A DNA stretch of 64,000 bases from Gemmatimonadota bacterium (lineage in GTDB: Bacteria; Gemmatimonadota; Gemmatimonadetes; Gemmatimonadales; GWC2-71-9): contig JBDHAB010000019.1 in assembly GCA_039588295.1 (NCBI GenBank), positions 1 through 64,000 of the forward strand. Reading direction: 5' to 3'. The notes below the pieces were generated by a model. That model ran no database searches, was not told where the DNA came from, and was given only the letters and a program-made list of their open reading frames with translations. Below, piece by piece: positions 58,386 to 64,000 of this stretch (the first letter of the stretch is position 1; every line of letters begins with the position of its first letter). The position numbers and the translations under genes were made by a program.

Positions 58386-59471
58386 ATGCGTACGATCCAG
58401 TCGGAGATGCCGATGCCGTTTCCAGCCCCCACGCCGAGGTGCCGCGCGGTCGCGGCCGCGGCGCTCCTCGCGCTGGTTCTTCCGAGTTGTGACAACGCCG
58501 TTGCGCCCGGTACGATCGAGCCGATCGGCGAAACCGCGCTGCGCAGGCATCTCGACGTTCTGGCGGACGACAGCCTCTACGGCCGAGCTGCAGGATGGTT
58601 GGACGAGCTCCGGGCGGCCGAGTATGTCCGCGATCAGTTCATCGCGGTGGGCCTGAGCCCAGGGGTCGACGGGTATCTCCAGACGTTCTGGATCGGCGAG
58701 CAGCCACCCCCCGCGACCCCTCCTGACGCCGGTATCGGGAGCGGCGACCACGATGGTCCGCGCGGCACCCCGGCAGACGACCCGATCCGCCCCGAGCGCT
58801 TTTGGTCGCAGAACGTGCTCGGTGTGCTTCCGGGCCGGGGTCGGCTAGCCCGACAATGGGTCGTGCTGGGCGCGCACTACGATCATATCGGGTGGACCGT
58901 GCCCCTGCCCGACTCCGTGGTCGTGTACAATGGCGCTGACGACAACGCCTCGGGAACGGCAATGCTTGTCGAGCTGGCGCGATACCTGAGCGCGCTGCTC
59001 ACGACGAGCGAGTTGCAGAGCGGCGACCGGCGCTCGATCATGTTCCACGCCTACGGTGCGGAGGAGATTGGGCTGGTGGGATCGCGGCACTTCTGTGCGC
59101 ACCCCACCGTGCCGATGGATAGCGTCGTCGCGATGGTCAACCTCGATATGGTCGGGCGCCTGCGCGACGGTGTCGTCACAGCCGTGGGGACGTCGACGGC
59201 CCCGTCATTGTGGCAGCAGCTCCTGGAGGCAGCCAACGAGGACGGGCTCGAGTTCAACTTGCAGGACAAGGGTAGCAGTGATCATCGGTGCTTTGCCGAG
59301 GCAGGCAGGCCGGTGCTGCACTTGTTCACGGGCCTTCATCAGGAGTACCACACGCCGCTGGACGACGTGTGGTTGCTCAACGTGCCCGGCATGGTGCAAG
59401 TCGGAAACCTCGCGGCGGGTGTCCTCGTCGAACTGGTGACCCGGCCTGACCTCAGCTCCGTCGGGAACTGA
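58386..59471 (+). CDS. M28 family peptidase, lipoprotein
   Basis: Lipobox LPSC; GAHYDH, GADDNASG, AEEIGLVGS, NLDMVG, SDH, YHTPLD. Start may be 58407 or 58413. Confidence 0.92.
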   Translation: MRTIQSEMPMPFPAPTPRCRAVAAAALLALVLPSCDNAVAPGTIEPIGETALRRHLDVLADDSLYGRAAGWLDELRAAEYVRDQFIAVGLSPGVDGYLQTFWIGEQPPPATPPDAGIGSGDHDGPRGTPADDPIRPERFWSQNVLGVLPGRGRLARQWVVLGAHYDHIGWTVPLPDSVVVYNGADDNASGTAMLVELARYLSALLTTSELQSGDRRSIMFHAYGAEEIGLVGSRHFCAHPTVPMDSVVAMVNLDMVGRLRDGVVTAVGTSTAPSLWQQLLEAANEDGLEFNLQDKGSSDHRCFAEAGRPVLHLFTGLHQEYHTPLDDVWLLNVPGMVQVGNLAAGVLVELVTRPDLSSVGN

Positions 59472-59680
59472 CCATCCACCGGCCGCGGTGGGTAGGGGTC
59501 GGTCGCCGCACGCGCTCCCGGTGATCGGTCCAAACAAGTGGGAGAGAACCGCTCGCATTAGACGCGGCCCACCGCATCGCGTTCGACCGTCGAGGTTCAC
59601 GCGGGTTTCACAACGGATTTACCTGCGTCGGTGTAAGCTGTAGCGGGCGATGTGCGCAGCTTTTAGCAGGAGCGAATACC

Positions 59681-60190
59681 ATGCGACACGTTGCGCTGCC
59701 GGTCTGTTGCCTACTTGCGGTGGTCACGAGTGGTGTGGCGGCCCAAGAGCAAACCCTCGATGAGACGCTCGTGTTCATCAACACCGCTCTGCGCGACAAC
59801 GGCTTTCAAGATCATGAGGGGAAGCCGACGGTCTCACAGGTGAAGCTGGTGGCTGGTGGAAAGCTCGTGGTCGAGATCGCCAAGACGGAATCGGGCAATC
59901 GCTTCACCAACGTGTTATCGGTGGCACTCGGCGATCTGGATGTGACTCGAGTCAAGGCGCACCAACGGAGCGGACACACGGTGCTATCACTCGGCGCGAC
60001 GGGCCTGGTGACGGCACGTCTCAAGTGTGTGATGGCAGCAGGGACGCGACACGAATGGGACCTGCCCAGCACCGACGAGGTTGCCGTGGAGTTCGCACCA
60101 GCTGATGAGCTGGCACGCACGCTGACGGCCGCGTTTGTCCGCCTGATTACGTTGGCTCGTGAGGACACCCGCTACCGCGTGTCCTCATAA
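59681..60190 (+). CDS. Secreted hypothetical protein
   Basis: AGGAG RBS, signal peptide ending VAA-Q. Confidence 0.7.
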   Translation: MRHVALPVCCLLAVVTSGVAAQEQTLDETLVFINTALRDNGFQDHEGKPTVSQVKLVAGGKLVVEIAKTESGNRFTNVLSVALGDLDVTRVKAHQRSGHTVLSLGATGLVTARLKCVMAAGTRHEWDLPSTDEVAVEFAPADELARTLTAAFVRLITLAREDTRYRVSS

Positions 60191-60217
60191 CTAGGCACGT
60201 CCGGTCCGTACCCTCCC

Positions 60218-60253
60218 GAGCGCCGGCGCCCGTGGGCGCCGGCGCTCCTGTTT
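60218..60253 (+). terminator. Probable intrinsic terminator
   Basis: GAGCGCCGGCGCC-cgtg-GGCGCCGGCGCTC followed by CTGTTT. Confidence 0.6.
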
Positions 60254-60295
60254 GGGGCTTTGCGTGGGCGTCGGCACCGGTGTATTCTCGGTCTC

Positions 60296-60769
60296 ATGCT
60301 TGCCAAGTTCCTACTCCCGTGCGTTGCCATCGGTGCCGTGGTCGGAATCGTCGGCCTGCCCGATCCCCAACAGGACAGTTCCATGAAGAAGCTCTCACCT
60401 GTGATCTTCGTCGAAGAGATCGAACCATGTCTAGGTTTCTGGATCGACCGGCTTGGCTTCGAGCGAACCCTTGAGGTGCCGCACGGAGATCGGCTGGGGT
60501 TTGCGGCAATGGTGCGCGACAACGTGGAGGTCATGTATCAGAGCCGCGCCAGCATCGCGGAGGACCTGCCGGTTTTGGCCCAGGGTCCGTTCGACCGCTC
60601 GGGTTCGGTGTTGTTCATCGAGGTCGGCGACCTCAATGCGATTCTGCCAAAGCTGGAAGGCGTGGAGGTCGTGGTTCCGGAGCGCACGACGTTCTATGGC
60701 GCCCGAGAGATCTTCGTGCGAGCGCCATGCGGCACGGTAGTCGGTCTCGCCGAGCTGACTGGCGAGTAA
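60296..60769 (+). CDS. VOC/glyoxalase family protein
   Basis: LSPVIFVEEIEPCLGFWIDRLGF...RTTFYGAREIFVRAPCG; alternative start 60383. Confidence 0.85.
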   Translation: MLAKFLLPCVAIGAVVGIVGLPDPQQDSSMKKLSPVIFVEEIEPCLGFWIDRLGFERTLEVPHGDRLGFAAMVRDNVEVMYQSRASIAEDLPVLAQGPFDRSGSVLFIEVGDLNAILPKLEGVEVVVPERTTFYGAREIFVRAPCGTVVGLAELTGE

Positions 60770-60922
60770 AGCGTTACGGCCGGCGCCTCACTCCCGCGCG
60801 AATCGAGGGTCGCGGCGTCGCCATCCAAACCGCGGGGGTGTGAGATTACGCGCATGTGACCGCATTGAGAGCGGGCGCACGACGGTGGGGCTCGTCGGGC
60901 GCCGGGGATGCAGGAGGGAACG

Positions 60923-62536
60923 ATGACGAAGCCTCAGTACCAAGACCCTTTTCCGCTGGCGCCCGACCACACGGCGTACCGATTGGTGACGCCAGACTAC
61001 GTGTCGGTTGAAACCTTCGACGGACGGGAAGTGCTCAAGGTCGAGCCGGCAGGGCTTACGTTGCTGGCGCGCGAAGCGCTTCGTGACGCGTCGTTCCTGC
61101 TCCGTGCAGCACACCTGGAGCAAGTCGCTGCGATTCTCGACGATCCCGAGGCGAGTGACAATGATCGTGGCGTCGCACTGGCAATGCTGCGCAACGCGGA
61201 GGTCGCTGCCGGTTACGTACTCCCCTTCTGCCAGGATACCGGTACGGCAACGGTCGTCGCCAAGAAAGGTCAGCAGGTGTGGACGGGCGGCGGGGATGCC
61301 GCGGCCCTGACAGAGGGGATCTTCGAGACCTACGCCACGGAGAACCTGCGGTACTCGCAGACGATACCGCTCACCCTGTACGAAGAGCAGAACTCGGGTT
61401 CCAACCTCCCGGCACAAATCGACATCTACGCGACGGACGGGATGGAGTACGCTTTCCTCTTCGTCGCCAAGGGTGGAGGATCTGCCAACAAGACCTATCT
61501 GTTTCAGGAAACGAAAGCACTGCTCAACCCCGAGCGGCTCGAGGCGTTTCTCACGGAGAAGATGAAGACGCTGGGGACGGCCGCGTGTCCGCCGTATCAC
61601 CTGGGGTTCGTCATTGGTGGTACCTCGGCCGAAGCCTGCCTGAAGACGGTCAAGCTCGCGACGACCGGGTACCTAGACGGCCTGCCGTCGGCAGGGAACG
61701 CACACGGGCAGGCGTTCCGTGACCCCACGCTCGAGGCGGCGCTGCTTGAGGCGGCGTACCGCACGGGGATCGGTGCCCAGTTCGGCGGAAAGTATTTCGC
61801 CGTCGACGTCAGGGTGATCCGGCTACCACGGCACGGTGCGTCCTGCCCGATCGGCATGGGCGTGTCGTGCTCCGCGCACCGCAATGTGAAGGCCAAGATC
61901 AACCGTGAGGGGATTTGGCTGGAAGAACTGGAGCGCAATCCGGGGCGCTTCATACCGGCGCACTACCGTGATAGGGAAGAGCGGGGTGTCGTGAACATCG
62001 ACCTGAATCAGCCGATGCCGGAGATCCTCGCCGCATTGAGCAAGCACCCCATCAAGACGCGGCTGGCACTGACCGGCACGATGGTCGTTGCCCGTGACAT
62101 CGCACACGCGAAGATCAAGGAGCGACTCGACGCCGGTGACGGATTGCCACAATACCTGAAGGATCACCCTGTGTACTACGCCGGGCCGTCGAAGACTCCG
62201 GACGGCATGGCGTCGGGTTCGTTCGGTCCGACGACCGCCGGTCGGATGGACTCCTACGTGGATCCGTTCCAGGCCAACGGTGGCTCGATGATCATGATCG
62301 CCAAGGGGAACCGGAGCCGGCAGGTGACCGAGGCATGCCGGAGGTACGGCGGGTTCTATCTCGGGTCGATTGGCGGACCCGCGGCGGTGCTGGCGCAGGA
62401 GCACATCAGAAAAGTCGAGGTGCTCGAGTATCCCGAGCTCGGTATGGAGGCGGTGTACCGGATCGAGGTCGAGGATTTCCCGGCGTTCATCCTCGTCGAC
62501 GACAAGGGGAATGACTTCTTTGCCGGGTTGTCCTAA
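60923..62536 (+). CDS. fumA: Class I (Fe-S) fumarate hydratase
   Basis: [53 protein letters not shown]. Confidence 0.95.
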   Translation: MTKPQYQDPFPLAPDHTAYRLVTPDYVSVETFDGREVLKVEPAGLTLLAREALRDASFLLRAAHLEQVAAILDDPEASDNDRGVALAMLRNAEVAAGYVLPFCQDTGTATVVAKKGQQVWTGGGDAAALTEGIFETYATENLRYSQTIPLTLYEEQNSGSNLPAQIDIYATDGMEYAFLFVAKGGGSANKTYLFQETKALLNPERLEAFLTEKMKTLGTAACPPYHLGFVIGGTSAEACLKTVKLATTGYLDGLPSAGNAHGQAFRDPTLEAALLEAAYRTGIGAQFGGKYFAVDVRVIRLPRHGASCPIGMGVSCSAHRNVKAKINREGIWLEELERNPGRFIPAHYRDREERGVVNIDLNQPMPEILAALSKHPIKTRLALTGTMVVARDIAHAKIKERLDAGDGLPQYLKDHPVYYAGPSKTPDGMASGSFGPTTAGRMDSYVDPFQANGGSMIMIAKGNRSRQVTEACRRYGGFYLGSIGGPAAVLAQEHIRKVEVLEYPELGMEAVYRIEVEDFPAFILVDDKGNDFFAGLS

Positions 62537-62581
62537 CGCGCAAACACGCGGCCACGGTGGAGCGTACCGCCAACCGGGTTC

Positions 62582-63688
62582 CTAGTCGTCCACCATCACG
62601 GTGAAGTTGTACGAACGCACGTCGCTGCCCGCCCTGATCGCGCCACGGATGCGTATCTGGGCGGGGAATCCGGTCAGGCCCTCCACCGACCAACTCCAGC
62701 TGGTCAGGACGACCGTGGGTACTCCTCCGCCAATCGTCAGACTTCCATCGAGCACCATCGTCAAGCGACCAGCGTCGACGTCGAACTCCCCCCACGTGAA
62801 GCCAAACTGTCCGCTCGCGAACAAGCCCGGGATCAGATGGCACTGGTCCCACTCGTTGTCGATTCGGGGCGTCACGGCATCGACGTGGCTCACGGAACTG
62901 GTGCCACAACCGAGGTCGTGGGTGTGCGGCGGTCGGCCGATCTCGAGGGTCTCGTCGAACAGAAACGATGCGAGTCCGATTCCCGCGTGGTACGCGAGGC
63001 GCTTGAGATCGGCCTCGGAGAGCGCTCCGAGCGACCCACCGGGATTGGAGAGCGAGTTGATGTGCAAGCCGGTTGTATCGAACACCTGGGCTGGAAGACT
63101 CGGATCGGAGACGGTCACCGACCGGTCACCAAGGGTCGCGACCAGCGAACGGAGGCCGAGCTCCCCGGTGAGCGGGTTTGGCCCCTCCGGCAGGGGATCG
63201 CCGAAGGGCTGCATGTCGATCTGCGCGACCTCGAACCCCGGGACCAGCACGGTCGTGCCGTCTATCTCGACACGAAGATTGCCCGACCAGGACGCCTGTG
63301 GAGCGCAGGGTGGTGACGCGCCGAGAACGCAGAATGGGTCCCGGTCCACGGCCGCGGGCCCGACCCACGTCAACTCGCCGTCCCCGTTGACCACGATGGC
63401 GTCTCCGACCTCGCACCCACTGAAGGTGACCCGACGCCCCGTCGCAGTGTTCGAGTAATCAGCGACCCCGCGTCGCGTACAGGGGAGGAAGTTGTCAAAG
63501 AAGCTCCGGCCCTGCGGACCCACGGCTACCGAAAGCGCGATCACGGCCGCCCGAGCGAGCAGACGATCCTGTTGCGCGTCCGTGAGGGTGTCGAACGACA
63601 CGACCTCGGTGGGCCCGTCGCCGCACTGGGTCAGAACGGTGAGGCCGAGCACCAGGCCGGTCGCGGCTGAGAACTTGCTCTTGAACAT
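62582..63688 (-). CDS. Hypothetical lipoprotein
   Basis: MFKSKFSAATGLVLGLTVLTQCGDGPT; beta-rich with several Cys. Confidence 0.7.
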   Translation of the reverse strand: MFKSKFSAATGLVLGLTVLTQCGDGPTEVVSFDTLTDAQQDRLLARAAVIALSVAVGPQGRSFFDNFLPCTRRGVADYSNTATGRRVTFSGCEVGDAIVVNGDGELTWVGPAAVDRDPFCVLGASPPCAPQASWSGNLRVEIDGTTVLVPGFEVAQIDMQPFGDPLPEGPNPLTGELGLRSLVATLGDRSVTVSDPSLPAQVFDTTGLHINSLSNPGGSLGALSEADLKRLAYHAGIGLASFLFDETLEIGRPPHTHDLGCGTSSVSHVDAVTPRIDNEWDQCHLIPGLFASGQFGFTWGEFDVDAGRLTMVLDGSLTIGGGVPTVVLTSWSWSVEGLTGFPAQIRIRGAIRAGSDVRSYNFTVMVDD

Positions 63689-63868
63689 GTGTGCCAGGTC
63701 GGCGGTGGCGACTCGTAAATGGTAACACGGCGGACGCCCGGCGTGCCGCCGCCGCCGGCTGTGGCGGAGGCCCAATACCTGAGTGGTCTTGTCGCAACAA
63801 CGAGGGAGACTTCACAGTTTCTTCACGCGCTGGGTGATACCCTGCGCCAGCGATCGTCAGGAGTCGGG

Positions 63869-64000
63869 ATGCAGGAGCAGCGTTGCGGTGTGCCCGTGCC
63901 GCGTAAGTCGAAGGTCATCCGAGACCGGATGCGCAAGATCGAGATGGAGCTTGGCACGCTCAATCCCGAGGAGGGATATGAGTGGCCGCAGCCGGAGGAC
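63869..64000 (+). CDS. Start of a hypothetical protein, truncated by the window edge
   Basis: AGGAG RBS, ATG 63869, open to the end (…PRKSKVIRDRMRKIEMELG…). Confidence 0.45.
   Translation, partial: MQEQRCGVPVPRKSKVIRDRMRKIEMELGTLNPEEGYEWPQPED

Overview
GC-rich (~65-70% by eye) bacterial DNA. Gene content (CsgG/TPR proteins, Ig-domain Ser/Thr kinase, BACON and Calx-beta lipoproteins) suggests Gemmatimonadota, but that is an inference. (1) 1-13.0 kb is an envelope island: two operons that each place an outer-membrane beta-barrel gene directly upstream of a large Ig-repeat lipoprotein, two divergent CsgG/TPR genes, a membrane Ser/Thr kinase and a kinase-fragment protein. An 83-nt poly-C artefact interrupts one barrel gene. 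(2) 13.1-39.1 kb is a near-complete but atypical type VI secretion system: tssM, tssL, two tssK, tssB, tssC, hcp, tagJ, tssA, tssE, tssF, tssG, clpV, vgrG, a DUF6931-like gene and PAAR. It has no recognisable tssJ; a PrcB-like lipoprotein follows tssM instead. It also carries an extra single-chain TssB-TssC fusion lacking the TssC C-terminal domain, a Pro-rich membrane protein with repeated GEFTxLF motifs between the two tssK genes, and a low-GC HEXXH ORF after PAAR (candidate effector, no obvious immunity gene). (3) 39.4-64 kb is mixed housekeeping and hypothetical genes (acyl-CoA dehydrogenase, OmpA, S46 and M28 peptidases, VKOR-DsbA, class I fumarase). It includes a coupled gatE-gatD operon, the Glu-tRNA(Gln) amidotransferase classically regarded as archaeal. 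No rRNA, tRNA, CRISPR array or transposase was seen. All family calls come from motif recognition by eye; no database searches were run.
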